Assembly (NCBI RefSeq): GCF_009914755.1
Contig: NC_060927.1
Source of the DNA: the human T2T-CHM13v2.0 reference genome, Homo sapiens
Strand: one strand, 5' to 3'
Length of the DNA: 64,000 nucleotides
Program-made: the position numbers and the translations under genes
In this document: piece after piece, positions 28,686-44,185 of the stretch
Position numbering within the stretch: position 1 is the stretch's first letter
Layout: the number at the start of each line of letters is the position of its first letter
Notes under the pieces: generated by a model
Seen by the model: the letters and a program-made list of their open reading frames with translations, nothing else
Database searches by the model: none
What the model was told of the DNA's origin: nothing

Positions 28686-29334
28686 CACTATCTTATTTAA
28701 TCTGGAATCAGAAGGCTAGGACTGAGGTTTTCTACCTCTAAGCTCAGGGTCCCTGTTAGCACCCTCAGGGCTCTGGCCTGGCATGAACCAGGGTATGTAT
28801 GGGCCACTTTCTGCTGTGGCCTCCCTTGTCCACTTCTATATCACAGGCAGTTGCCATGGACCTTCTCCAAGAGCACTGCCTGCCATGGTCATCTATGGCT
28901 GCTTCTATGAAGATACATTTTTCTGCCATTCTGAAAGAGAAAACTTCTCTTTCTCCTCTGGGGTTCGTCTCTTCCCTCCCAGTGGAGAGAGAAGGCCATC
29001 TGCTCCTGAGTTCTGCAACCATTTCAAATTTTCTAACAGTGATTTGCTCTTTACCGGAGGCCCAGGCAGGTAATGTCCCATTGGGCAGAAATGCCAGTGC
29101 ACACTGTCTCCCAGAGAGGTACATTAGGCCAGGCAAGACAGGGGCTGCCCGGCATGCAGCAGCAGGGAGGAGGCTCTGGGCATAATTTCAGTGCTGATTC
29201 CAGGTTGGCTGGTCTGGCTCCAAAGGAAGGAGAGCATAGCTGAAGGTGGACCAGTTTCACTTATGCATTCCCAAGCCAACACCAGAGCCGCTGGTGTGCT
29301 GGCTGCTGCAAATTCTTCCTCTGGCTACGAAAAG

Positions 29335-29336
<2 letters not shown>

Positions 29337-29365
<29 letters not shown>
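29337..29365 (+). repeat. Poly-A run not attached to a recognisable SINE/LINE
   Basis: About 29 consecutive A. Confidence 0.9.
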
Positions 29366-29367
<2 letters not shown>

Positions 29368-32300
29368 AAGGGAAAACAAGTAAAAAGTTAAACCATTAAA
29401 CAAAGGCAAACACTGTGTCCTGGGGATCTAAACACAGACACTATTTACTGGATTTATTCTATCATAATAGAACCCTTTTACCATCCTCACATCCAGTCAT
29501 AAACCTTGTCGAAGTGTAATTGGATATCCCGTGGCATTGGATCCCTCTTGGACACCTCTCGGAAAAACAAACAAACAAACAGACAAAAAACAAAAACCTC
29601 CCACTTTCCTCCATCCTCTCTTGAGACATTTAGCTCTTTCTTCCTTGTTAAATGTTGTTAGTCTACATGTCTTGGCTTTCTGACCTCAGATATTACTCCA
29701 TTATGCAGAATTAACTTAGCTCTCTTGGGAGTCAAGGCAGCCCCTTCCACATGACTCTTCTGTAGCATTTACCTTATTTTCTCTTGGTTATTTTCTTATT
29801 CTCAGTCCTCAACTCCTTCCTCTCATTGTCAATTCTGAGTTCCACAGGACAGAGGTATTTTCTCATCCTTGTATGCTCAATGTCTAATACAGCGTTAATA
29901 ACTGCTAACTGAATACTGTGAGATCAGAGATTGAGGTTTAGTCATCTCAAAATGTACTTGACACATAGGAATTTCCTTATTACTTGTTAATCCAAAAGAA
30001 ATTCTGAACTAGTGGCTATTTCTAAGGAAGTAACGCTCCATAGTTTTTCAAATTTACATTACAAACTTAGTAGTGGGTATCAAGGAATATGATGTGTGAG
30101 TGGGAAGGGGTGGTTCTTGGAAATGCTTGTATTCCTGATAGTGATGTTTTGTGAAAGCCTGTTAGTTTTTGCAAAATGACTGGTCCTCAAAGTTTGTAAG
30201 TCTTAGACTGGAAAGTGGTCTTAAAGCCATGCATCTAGTTCAACTCATACTTGATACATGAGTATCCAGCCTATGCGTGAACACTGCTAGGGTTAAGGAA
30301 AACACTAGTTCTGTAAGCAACACACTGAATCTTTAGGCAGCTACGTTAGAAAGTGCTCGCTATATTACTTAGCCATTAGAGACGATGATTAAGAGGACTA
30401 TATGGCCCCAGTGAGCATGTTTTCTATAATGGCACATAAAACAAAGAAAAAGCAAGGTACAAAAGCCATCATAAATGTTATGAATATAGCTATGAAAAAT
30501 ATGCATGAGGGAAAGGGTTAAAAGAAAATATATCAAAATTATAATTCATTCACTAATTCCTTTACCAAATAGCACTAAGGCCCTATTATGGGCGAGGCAC
30601 TGTTCAAGACACTATGGATATGTCATGGACAAGGTGGACAAGCCTTAATAGCTGGGTTATGATGATGGAATTGGGGTGAATTTTGTTTATTATCTCCATA
30701 TTCCCCATTTTCTGGCCTGGGTTTATATTGATAATTAAGAAATCCTTCCTTATACTGAAAGGATATGAAAAAGAATCTTTTATTTCTTGAGTCCTGGAGA
30801 TTTCAGAAAATATATTATACCAATAACTCTTCTCATGAAGAAAATGTTGACTTTCTATTAAGAAAGAAATGATCAATTGTGCCAAGGTGAGTGTGACATG
30901 TCTCCAAGGAATTTATCGGCAAGATAATGCTTTCCACTGATCTCAAAGAACAGAAGAGCTGTAAAATTCTCAAGTCAGAAAGGACTTTCCAATTTATTTA
31001 CTCAGATTACCAAAATCAAGAGCAGAGCTAGAGCTAGAAAGCACAGGATAATGTTATAATAAAACCTCAGGGTTGGAGGAAACCTTAGAGTTGAACCCTC
31101 TAGCCAGCATCCCTAAGTGTTCATCTGACATCATTTTGAAGTCCTCTAAAGACAAACCATTGCATGCATTTGATTAAATTATTGCAAAAGAGAAGTTTGG
31201 CTCACTGCAAGTTTCGTGAATAGCCCATAGTGGGCAGTTCTACACTTCAAATAGCTCTTTCTTCAGTGTGTGGTTGCGTTCTAAAGGAAGTGGGCTGGGA
31301 TGTGTGTGAGCATCTACCCCCTTCAAGTATGTGAAAAGGTCCACATGCATTACTAGAGATTTATGTCCTCCTTGCAGTGGCTGTGAGTGATAAGCAGCAT
31401 CTCCTACATAAAATGTCTATAAGAAGACAATTGTCGATTAAGCTGGGATCACTTTACCTGGGATGACAGCACAGAGTTTGTGAAGAAATCCAATGATAAA
31501 AATTGAAGCTGCCTCAGTTGAAACTCTCTGGAAATCAATAAATCTATTACACCAATTTTTAATTCACCAGTAGTAGAGTTTATCTAAATATCATTATTGG
31601 CCCATGCTGACAACTTCAAAATGGAGTTTGCCTTTTGCTTAGTGAATAAAACCTTCCAAGGTAGCTAGCTGCTTTCAAAAGCTTTACAACCTTTTTTCTC
31701 ACAGCAACTACTCTGATGGAGAGAAAATGGATTGTCTAGAAAGAGGCATCTTTTTCTCTGGTCCAATGATGTTAGTAACATTATCTTCACAAAGGATTAC
31801 TCTCTGATAATCAGAGTCTGTCTCAGAGTCTGGCTCCAAACTTCACAAAATTTCTGCCATACCAAGCTCATGGTTCTTCTCTCTACTGCACTACAAGACA
31901 TGGGGGTGGCCAAATAAGGGCACAGGGCTTCCTAGCAAATACATCTGCCACAGGCAGGGGGCAGCAAAACTCAAGGTCTCATTTGTTAAGATTTGCCTAA
32001 AACGTGCTTTTCTTGATGTGGGGTGGGTTTTCTGGTTTGTTTTTATTCTGTGGCAGTTTCTTGCCTCAACTGCCTTATTAAAAATGATTAATATAATAAT
32101 CCACTTATATTTGTGTAGAAGCTTTTAAATAGAAAAGCTCTCAGCCTGCTTGGAAATTAAATAACTATTTCCTATTGACGGCATTTCCTTTGAAATGAAA
32201 GTTCCTGAAATGGATGTTCCTGGGAGGCTTCTAACTCGTAAGAGTTGAGGAGAGTATTAATTGCCATTTTGCTATTTATAATAACAGTGTCCTTACAGCT

Positions 32301-34649
32301 GAACACATCATCCATCCGAGTAATGAGGAACCACCATAAATGGGGCCTACTCTTTGTGAGAAAGGTCTAGAAAGAATCAAGATGCAAATCTATTTCACAG
32401 AAGCCAGAATGGATGATCTTTCTGCTCAGATGCTCTGGGAAATTGATGAGTATTGTGAAAATGGCAGAACACTTGACACGGGAAATAAATCTGTTATTAA
32501 ACCAACTTGTTCTGTTGTTTGTTCTTTTATCAAGTTTTTAGTGTCTTGCTTGCTTTCCTAGAGTCAAGCATAAAAGAATCTCTTTCTGACTCGGCAAGCA
32601 ATGAGCACTATGTAAGAGAGAAAGTGCACTGGTTTAATTCTCAACTATGACTCAGGCCAAACAGGACATGTAATTCTCTGTTCCTCCATTTCCCCATCTG
32701 TGAAACAGGATTTTCATTCTTGGCATGGCCACCACATTGTGAGGATCAAATAAACTAATAGATACGAGAAAGTGATGTAAACTATAAGGTAGTCCTCTAT
32801 AACTAGAATCGTATCCTTATTGCATCACGTTGATCATAATTTATCTGCATACATGTCTGTCTCCCTAATGGACTGTGAGGTCCAGATTCATCCGTTTCCA
32901 TGACAAATTAACAGGGTGTTTCTGTTATTCTCTTTAAAAGGCTTGAGTCTACATGACAACCAAATGGTTTACAAAGGAGAAAAAAATCAGTACTCGCTTT
33001 CACGTCACCGAGAACAAACATCTAAAGATTGTGTTGCATGATATCACATTTTTAACAGCAGGCGGATATTTGTCATAAAGTCACTAACTAACTTCAACAG
33101 GATGTGTTAGCCTTCACCATGGATCTACCTGGAATTAATAAGGACACTTGTACCACAAATGCACATACACACAATCTGTCCCAGGGCATAGTGTAAAAAA
33201 AGCAGCACAGAAAGAGGCGTGTGTGTGTGTGTGTGCATGTGTGAGTTGAAGATTAAACACACCAAGAGAAAAATGAGGCAGCCGGTTCAACACCGTAAGA
33301 ATAAGGAGAAGGTTTTTGTTGTTGTGTATGTCATCATTGTTGTTGTTACAGTAAATAGATTAGAAAAACATTCAATAACAAAATAAGGGGAAACCCAGGG
33401 TAGGGTTAGCATCCGCAAAGAATTTCCTAATGTCCTATTTAATCTAACAGGGTGCCAAGGCCTTGCGCATTAGTTCCACAACTTTCTGATATATCAAGTT
33501 TTCTCTAGGAGACAAACACAAACTGGCTTCCAGAAACAGCAAGTATATCCCAGTATTGAGACCTGAAAGTCGTCATAAAGAGCATACTGTTGTGATCGAT
33601 ATCTACACACTTCCAATAAATAAAATGCTTTGTCTGTACTATGCCAATGTCAGTAAAAGTAATTCAATGAGCAGCCAAAACCATGCCTTAACTCAAAAGC
33701 TCTGTAGTCTTGGTGCCCAGATAACTCTCCAAAGCATTTACTAGTGGGACCTCGGACAGATGATGTAGTCTTTTTTGGTTCGTTTTCAAATCTGAGAAAG
33801 AGAAGTATTTATCCTGATAGGGCTTCTAAGGGAAAATAATCAAAGACAAACTACCTGGCACATAGTTAGGTTCTCAATAAGTGTAGTCTGCCTTCCCACT
33901 GTGCAAATAAATGCCCAAGAAATCTGAAGAGAACCCATGTTCTAGTTGTAAATGACAGGCAACATTAGAGGGTAACTTCCTTTGACCCAAACCCTGAGTG
34001 TGTGGTAAGCAAGTCTTTTATATATCAAGGCCTTAATGCAAAATTAGATTTACGGCACACATCCTTCTAGCCATAACAGCTCTTTAATGAGTCCATTACG
34101 TTAATAAGTAGCTTGGTAGCCCAGCTCTTTGCTGTATTGTCTTTTCATCTGCTCAGCAAGACCACAGGCATTAACTACATAAACATATTCTGCATTTTGA
34201 AAAGAAAAAATAAAAAACCCTGCCACCCCTGGATACTTATCCCTTCAAGGAAGTCTCAGACTTTAGCAACAACAAAGCGTTGGTGTGTGGGACCCCACAG
34301 AGTTCATGAATTTCAGATGCTTGTAAGAAATTATCTGTTTTGCTGGACTCTTGCTGGGATCAATCAGCCCCTCAGTGGTTGGTACCAATTAAGAGCTAGT
34401 GTGATGCAAGAAGAATATTTTAAACACCATTTGACACCAAGTACTCCTCTGTCCTCTTCCTGCCTCCCTCCCTTCCTCCCCTCTAACTCTTCCACCAACC
34501 ACCTTTTCAGTCCCTTTCCTTTTTAACTGTGACTCCCTGACTCCGCTCAAAGTCGTGAAGTGTAATGAAAGTAATGGCACATGTGTCTTTTCTGCAGAGG
34601 GATACTATTTATCGAGTGATTTCCCATCATCTCACAGCATCTCCCAACA

Positions 34650-35500
34650 GTCTGGTGTAGACAACAAGCAGAACTATCACTACCTCAACCTACTCTCTCC
34701 CTCTGTCTTTCCCAATGTATTCCCCATTTGTTCCCCACACAGCTGCCAAAGTAATCTGCTGAAGTTCAAACTGAATCATGTCATTCCTCTGCTTAAAGTA
34801 AATCCTTGGCTTCTCCTCATTGCCCAGAGGATAAAGGCCTGCTAGGGTTCACCCCTACCCTCCTCCTCAGCCCTGTCTCTCGCCACTCCTTTCCCATTCA
34901 TTCTTGCAATTCTCTGAACACATTAAATGACATTTTGTCTTCCTATTTTTCTCTGTCCCTGAACTACCCACATCACCCAGGTCATCCAAGTATTAATAGC
35001 TAACTCATATATATCCTTAAAGATTCAGCTCAACCAACTCCAGAAAGCCTTACCCAATTCTCTAAGATGACTTAGGTGCCCTAGGGCTATATTCTGCGGC
35101 ACTAGTGTTTGCTTCTGGCATAACACTTATCAGACTGCAATATCATAGCCAGTTAACCCGTCTTTCCAGACTCCCCACCTCCAACTAGACTGTGAGTTCT
35201 TCGAGAGCAAGTGTAGGCTTTGTATACCTCCACAATCCTAGTGTCTGGTACGGTATCTCATATATGGTAAACCATGAATTCTCAACTTGGCTGCTTGTCA
35301 TGGTTACCTGAGTTAGTTTGTTCATGATGCAAATCCTCTAGATCTAACTCTGGAGTTATTAAATCAGTATGTCTGTTGGAGGTGGAACCTGAGTTTGCGT
35401 GTTTTGTTGAAGTTCTAATGATGATGTACAGCCCTAGTTATGAATAATGTGGTATGTAGGTATTAATAAATATTTGACAGTCAATGAATGAATGAATACA
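34650..35500 (+). mobile_element. L2 3' portion with a nested MER5-type DNA transposon (~35270-35450)
   Basis: atcatgtcattcctctgcttaaa; tagactgtgagttcttcgagagca; aataaatatttg...aatgaatgaatgaat tail; MER5-like ttctcaacttggctgc...aaatcagtatgtctg. Confidence 0.7.
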
Positions 35501-38500
35501 TAATGTCCCCATTTTAGAGATATTGAAACAAGCTTTAAGAGTTAGAAATTTGGCCCGTTTTGCTCAACACTAACTTTTGGAAAGATAGTGATATAAAGAG
35601 GTATAGGATAAAGCCTTTCTAGACTAGAGTTGGACTCGAGTTGTTTATTTGCATGCAAATCACCTGAATTACTCTCTAGCTTTTTCAAGCAGGAATAGGC
35701 CTTTTCATTTTGGGAACTTAATAGAGTCTGACCCAGTGTCTAAAACACAGTAGGCCCTCACTATTTGTTGAATTGCAACTGCATGGTGTGAATCAAAGAG
35801 CCCTGCACCTGGAGTGAGGAGCCTTGAGTCCTAGGCCTCTTTGTGATATTAACTGTGACTTATTCTGGGGTAAGAATTTCCTTGGGCTTTAGATTCCCTA
35901 TCTACACAATCAGAGGTAGACTAGATGATCAAAGGTTGCTTTCAGCTCTGACATTTTTTAATCCATTGAGTGTTGGAGAGCTTGAGTCTGAATTTTGGCC
36001 GAGTGCTAGATGAAACACCTTCACTATGACTAAGTTAGATGGCATCTGAGGCCCACAGGAGAAGTGACATGAGTACACTTTTTAATCCATCATGAATGTG
36101 GCCAGGATGGAGGGCTGCCTTTTGTTCTGCTGAAGACAAGTGAATATTCAGCCCTAAGCACCCCCAAGGCTTGCCTGAGATGCTTACCTTGGCTTTCAGA
36201 CACCAGCAAAGATCGCCCACTCTTGATAACATGAAGCCACTGTCACAGTGGCCTCTGATATAAGGGCTGACTCCCTGGAGGAGCATGGCATAGTAAGGAA
36301 TGTGGAGGGAAGGCATGGGCTCTCTGACACTCACAGAGGAATAACCATAACCTAACACACGCACCCAGAGTGGCGGTGTGCAAATCATAGATAATTTGAT
36401 TTTAACAACCTTGCAAAAGGAAGAAGAAGTAAGTACTATGCCTCTACCTTGCATGTTGGGAAATTAATGCTCAGAAATGTTGAAGGATTTCTGCATAAAT
36501 GTAAAGTGATTAAATGTAGGAAGCTGATGGCAGATTTTTCTTTCTCCAGTGTAATATTCCTTTGGCTACATTGTATTGCCTCTTTTTCTTATCTTCTCTA
36601 TTGGATCCTTACAAAAATCCTGCCAGCGAAAAAGGGCAAGTATTCCCATTTCCATTTTATGGAGCATAAAGTTGAAGCTCAAAGAGACTTTTCAGTCTCA
36701 CAGTAGGTAGCGGGGACTTCCAGTGCACTTTTTGCTATATCACTACTGCTTCTTTTTTATTGTATTTTATTGTATAATCTTACTTGTACCCCATCAGAGA
36801 GGTAGAACATACTGGTAATATAATTTGCAATTTTCTAACAAGAAAACTGAGGTCCAGAGAAGTAATATTGGAGAAATTTATTAAAGATGAATTTATGAGT
36901 TTAGGTTGGCAAGAAAATGACCTTTCCAACAATTGGAGTTGCCGTCATTGGAAATGAGCCCCTGTACCATCACAGGACCAGAGGACCGCTCAGAGATATG
37001 GCACAGGCGACTGTGAAATGATGAAGAGTTGACTTAGATATTCATTAAGCTCCTTCCTGACCATATGCATCCATGGTTCTATGCCTGACCCAAAGCCCCC
37101 AGCCAGTATCTCATCAGTCAGGATGTGAACCCAAGTCCTCCAAGTCATACTTTATCCTATGCATTTTTTGCCCTATCCATTCAACTTTCCTTGGCTCATA
37201 TTTCCAAATATTTCAGAATCCAACTGTCTAGGTGTAGGTGTAGTTATCATTTGAACACTGGCCAGAACAGGATCTCTCTGTAGGTTTACTGAGTAAACAC
37301 TGACAAATTGGCCACTCAACAAATCACACATATTAACATGGAGTATTCTTCTCAAACAACATGAAATGATTTTTAAAAGTTCCTAACTTGGAGACTGGAC
37401 CTTGGCTCCAGTCCTGAATTTTCCATCAAATGCCTATAGGAACCTGATCAAAGTCACTTTCTGTTTCAAGGCATTGGGCATCCTCCATTGCAACGTGACT
37501 GTTGGACAAGAGGTTCTTTTAAGCTCAGCAACGCAAGATCACAAGACTAATTGTCTTTGCTGCTAGCCATGGGAAGGCTGGAAGACAAGGAGCTTGGAAT
37601 AACAAGCTTATCCAGGGGCTAAACAGAGAAAGCCAGGCTTAGCAATATCATATTGACATTCTTTACCAGCCTTGAATCCATTTGAGTTTGGGAGGTAAGA
37701 AGTAGCCCAGAAACAATGCAATGAGAAATTAGCCTCTCTTCTTAAGTCCTAAATGGTCATATGCCTTTGAGCTCCATTGCCCAGTCTCAGGTTGGCACTG
37801 TCTTCTGTCAGTAGCTATAGTATTTCCCCTACCACAACCCATCTCTATTTCCCATCACTGACAGCCCCATCCTCCATCTCCCTAGACAGATCTCCCTGCT
37901 TATGTTCCTACCATTTCTTGTCTGACAATCAATTTTCCTACCTGTCATTATCAATTCTGTTCATTAACTCTCCCACGTGTCTTAGCTGAGGCCTCCCGAC
38001 ACCAAAAAGCATCTCAAAAAAAAAAAAAAAATGACAATGTTCCCAAACAGAATAATTGAAACTTCTTGCACATCTAGAGAGACTTCTGTCTGAAACCCTC
38101 AGAGCCATTTTTTAAATGTCAGTAGAAATGTACATTTTATACTAGGGAGGCAGACTTCACCATTCTAGCACAACCAAATGAAAAGTAAAGCAGAAACCAA
38201 AAAACATTCAGCAACTACTTTTTTCTTTGTGGTTCACAGAATGCAAAACTGGTCTGACCATTTTTTTTTAAGTTTAGTTGACTTGTTAATTGCCTGTAGT
38301 TCTTTTAAACATGGCCTAAGAAACGGTTACTACAGGAATAATACTGTGAAGAAGGTGAAAATGCTAGAGAGACCGTCTTGTGCCTTTCTCCGAGGAGTTC
38401 CGTGAACTGCTCAGTTGCTAAGACTTGATAGGAACTTGTAGAAAGACTTCTGTAGCACTACAAGGCAGTAATACATATTGATGAAAAATCTCTGTTATCA

Positions 38501-38599
38501 GGCTATCTGTATTTAAGAGTTATAATAACAACAGCTATTCTTAGACAATTCTTTACCATTTATAAGGTATTTTCACACATATCACATCACTTTGCATTT

Positions 38600-38905
38600 A
38601 CTGTTTCCCCTATCCTGAACATTCCTCCCTCAGATATCTACCTGGCTTGCTCCCTCACCTACTTCAGAACTGTGTTCAAATGTTATCTTTCCTATTGGCC
38701 TAAAGGAAAATTGCAACTGTGCCCACCTCCCCTGAAACTCCCTGTCCGCTTCCCATGATATGCTTCTCCACAGCACTCCTCACTGTCTGACTTGCTATAC
38801 ATTTTACTTGTAGAATGTGAGCTCCCTAGGGAATGAGATCTTTGTATTTTCATGGCTATATTCCCAGTGCCTGGAACACAGTAGTTGCTCAGTTAAGACC
38901 TTTTG
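38600..38905 (+). mobile_element. L2a fragment nested in a minus-strand MIR
   Basis: tagaatgtgagctccctagggaatgagatctttgt...cccagtgcctggaacacagtagttgctcag. Confidence 0.75.
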
Positions 38906-40929
38906 AGGGAATAAAAGAATACATTGTGAATGCGATTCTCCCCACAGCCTTGAGGAGCAGGAGGCATCATTATTACTATTTTGCAGATGAAGCAACTGAA
39001 ACTCAGAAGGCTAAGTGGTCAGACCACATGGATGAGAGGGGCAGACCCAGATGACCTCACACTGGCTCACTCTGTGCTCTCCAGAGACACATCTCGGAAA
39101 CAGACACTTTAACAAGTGCACCCTCCCACTCAGGAAGGAGTGTCCAAGTCAGACGAGTGCTGAGAGCTATAATGCTCAGCCCTGTGCCTGCACCCCTGCA
39201 TTGGCCCTCTCTTGGCACCTGCCTTACCCACCCTCCAGGGAGTGCGTTCCCAGGCACCCACTGTATTTGATGAGCACCTGCAGGTCTAATTATCCCATTA
39301 AGGTAGGATAAACAAAGAAAAAGGAAGGAAGAAATAATTACAAAACAAGCAAACCTGAATGGTCAACACATCAACACAGTAATTACATTTCTCCAAAAAG
39401 AAAAAGACAGGAACTAAGCTTTTCCACCTAACTCTTTTTGCTTTCGAATGGAAGCCTCCTCTCTCAGCTGCAGATTACACGGGCTGGCAGCTTTCCCACC
39501 CTCACCATGCTCCTTGTTGCCTCTATTGACAGAGGTGAGCCATTACTCTTCACTAAAATTCAGTGTCCACACATTCGCCCCTTGACAACACTCTGGAAAT
39601 TGATCTCTTCAAATATCTTTGGAACTAAATTAAGGCAATTTGTTCTTTCCCTGATCCACATGGTTGTCCTCTGGGACAGAATCATTGCTAAAAGGATGAT
39701 CATGATTTTTTGAAAAGGGAGGGAAGTCTTCCGGGAAGGAGGCAATCCAAAATCTTGGTAATATTGAGTATAAGTGATTTTAAAAATCAAATACCATTAA
39801 TACTGCTATACTGCTTACAAAGAACATTCACATCCATTATCTATAGGATTTAAGCTTTGTGCTACTCTATGAAGAAATTGAGAAATACCTGACTTTCCAT
39901 TTTATAGGTGGCAAAACTAGGGAAATGACTTACCAAAGTTCACATCCCTGTAAGTGAAAGAGCAACAAATACTCGAATCCAAGTTTTCTGACTCTAAGTG
40001 GAAAGCTTTATGCCACAAATATGGTATGTGTGTGTATATGTGTGTAGAGAGAAAGAGAGACTGATTCTATTTTCACCCTGCACCTTCCAAATTGTCTTTT
40101 CTGGGCACCTCACTCGGCTTCCCTGTCCTCAGATGTATTTTCCTGCATCAGAGAGCACTCTGGCAGTCCCCAGACTGGCTGTGCTCAGAGGTTAGCATTT
40201 TACATTCCACAAGTATTTGGCTTGCTTTAAGAGCATGGACTTCTGAGTCAGACAGACCTGAGTTCCAGCAGGGATAGATTGCACCGATCCTCAACATCTC
40301 CACTCACCTCACAGCATTGTTGACAAAATTGTATGAAAAGACGCCATGTGGTATCCATCACAGCTCATGGCACACCGAAAATGCTCAGTAAATGAGAGCA
40401 ATTCTTGTTGAGTACCCTGTTCACTTCTGTATCACATCTGAGAGGTGGGGGTCCAGGCTCTTATCTTATCTTACATTATTGCTCAAAGCCTTCGCCAGAG
40501 TCACTCTCTGGGCATGAGCGTGCATGGAAGCAGTGATATCCTCTAATTTGAAAAGTTCTGGGTGCTGAACAGTAGCAAAGACAGCAGCAGGAATTCCTAT
40601 TTTCTGAACATTTAGTGTTCTCCATGAATAATTGTCATTAATGTCGTCAGCCGCCCTACCATTAATCCCATTTTAGAAGTATTAACACCATTCATTGTGT
40701 CCATAGACCTGCTAAACACTGAATATTTGTGTCACTGCAAAATTCATATGTTGAAACCCAACCCCCAAGGTGATGGCATTTGGAGGCAGGGCCTTGGAGA
40801 GGTGATTAGGTCAGGTTAGAGGCCCTCATAAATGAGATTAGTGCTCTTGTAAAAAGGACCCCAGAGAGCTCATTTGCCCCCTTCAGCCATGTGAGAACAT
40901 AGTAAAAATATGGTGTGATATTATGAGAT

Positions 40930-40934
<5 letters not shown>

Positions 40935-40971
<37 letters not shown>
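40935..40971 (+). repeat. (TG)n microsatellite
   Basis: About 18 TG units. Confidence 0.97.
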
Positions 40972-40977
<6 letters not shown>

Positions 40978-41698
40978 TCCACAGTTCCCAGTTTATCACT
41001 CCCATAGCCCTTATTACAGTCTTTTGTTATAATGCTGGGGCACTTTAGGTGTCAGAAAGCAGAAGCTCTCTCTCACTGACCTTTCTCCTGCCGTTTTTTC
41101 ACCTGCTTCTTTTTCTCCTCAAGGCAGGATTTAGAAACTAAAAATACACTCTAATCTTCCCCCACCTCTGGTCATAAAGAAATTTTCTGACCCACCTTGT
41201 CTGATTGTAGATCATAAGACCTCTGCTTCCAAAGAGGTTCAGCCTCGTACCCTGGGGAAGGAACACTGCACAGAGAGGCCAAAAAGAATTTGAACAGGCA
41301 GGACTTGCTGGGGATCCCTGCTCAGTTATTAGTATTAGATTATACTCTTCTTGTCCAATCACATTTCCACATGGCTGTCAATCAAGCCTATCCAATGAAG
41401 TCTCCATAAAAGGCCCAAAAGGACAGAATTCAGAGAGCCTCCAGATAGCTGAACACGTAGAGGTCCCTGGAGGGTGGTGCACCCAGGAATGTCATGGGAG
41501 CTCTATGCCCATTCCCATACCTCACCTTATGCATCTCTTTATTTGTATCCTTTGTAATATTCTTTATAATAAACCATTAAGCATAAGTAAGTGTTTCCCT
41601 GAGTTCTGTGAACTGCTCTAACAAATTTATAGAACCCAAGGAGGTGGGTAATGAGATCCCTGATTTATATCTGGTTGGTCAGAAGCACAGGTAAAGCA

Positions 41699-42170
<472 letters not shown>

Positions 42171-42966
42171 CTAAACATTTAGTCACATAAGTCTTCTGTG
42201 TTGATTGTTGTGGCGTAAGAGCAGAGAAGAAACATTTTGTGTTTACTCCAATCTCAGATGGCCATCTGTGAACCAGGAAGCAGGCCTTGCCAGACACCAA
42301 ACCAGCCAGTGCCTTGTTCTTGAACTTTCCAGCCTCCAGAACTCGGAGAAATAAGTTTCTGTTGTATATAAGCCACTCAGTAGTGTGGTATTTTGCTATA
42401 GCAGCCTGAAAAGACTAAGACAAGCCCTATGACATAAAGATGCAAAGAAAAACTTGGTAACTGAACAAAGGATGCAAACTGAGGGAGTCCACCTGTCAGA
42501 ATGTAGGCTTTTAACCACTACACTATGCCATTTAAAGAGTGAGCAGGCCTTTTTGGAACACCTTGTCTTCTCCTGCAGCAGGACTGACCCCTTCCAAGTA
42601 CCCTTTCCTACCTGGCAATTCCACTCTGGCCAGTCTGTGGCTCAAGCCACAACTAGAGTGTTAAACACAAAATTTAACACAAAATGTTAAAGCTAGACAA
42701 GCCCACAGATTTAGTCTTCTTACCTAGTAACTCCCTCATTTCTCAGATGAAATTGAGGCCCAGAAGGGAGGTGAGCTGCCTGAGGCCTCACAGTCTCATT
42801 CCATAACTGGAATGAAACTCAAAACTGTGAGTACATTGTGGGCTGTGGGAAGTTGTTGTACCGGCTGCCTGGCAGCTTGGCTGTGCCCCTCCATTACCTT
42901 CTCTGGCACAGCGTGCAGCTCCTCACCATCCCATCAGCATAGGCTGTGGTATGACTTGGTTTGTCA

Positions 42967-43581
<615 letters not shown>

Positions 43582-43819
43582 TCATAAGAAATTTGGGGCT
43601 ATTTCTTCTCAATGTAGAACAAGAGAATGTCAAAATAGTGCTGCCTGCTGAATGTTGAAAAGCAAAAGCACCGAGCCACTAAGTCAGAATGACAGTGCCG
43701 TGTGTTGAGAGTGGATCATTTCATGTGCTTAAGTACTTAGAAACCTGATCCTCAACCACAGTCCCCACTGTGCTTTCCCTCCCATCTGCATTCTTTCTGG
43801 TCCCCTAACTTGATGAACT

Positions 43820-44185
43820 AGGACATTTGCATGAGCATTTGTCTGAGGATTTTAGCCCGAGCTGTTCCATCATTCTGAAACATTCTTTCTGTGTATCTCT
43901 GCATGGCTGGTTCCCACTGGTCATCTGCAGCTCAGCTTAGGTTTGACTTCCTCATAGAGGCTGTCTCTGGCCACCCTATTAACTTCTCTTACCACTGCTG
44001 CAAAGCACCTTGAGTTATTCCCATCATAACACTTATCGCTACCTGTTCTCTTCCACACTTGATAATTGTCTCTTCCTCACTAAAATGCTCATTGAGGACA
44101 GGGAACTTTTCTATCATATTCACCACTATTTTCCCAGTGCCTAAACCAGTACACAAGAAATAACTGTTAAATGAAGATAAATAAT
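43820..44185 (+). mobile_element. L2a 3' fragment
   Basis: tctctgcatggctggttccc...ttcaccactattttcccagtgcctaaaccagt. Confidence 0.7.
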
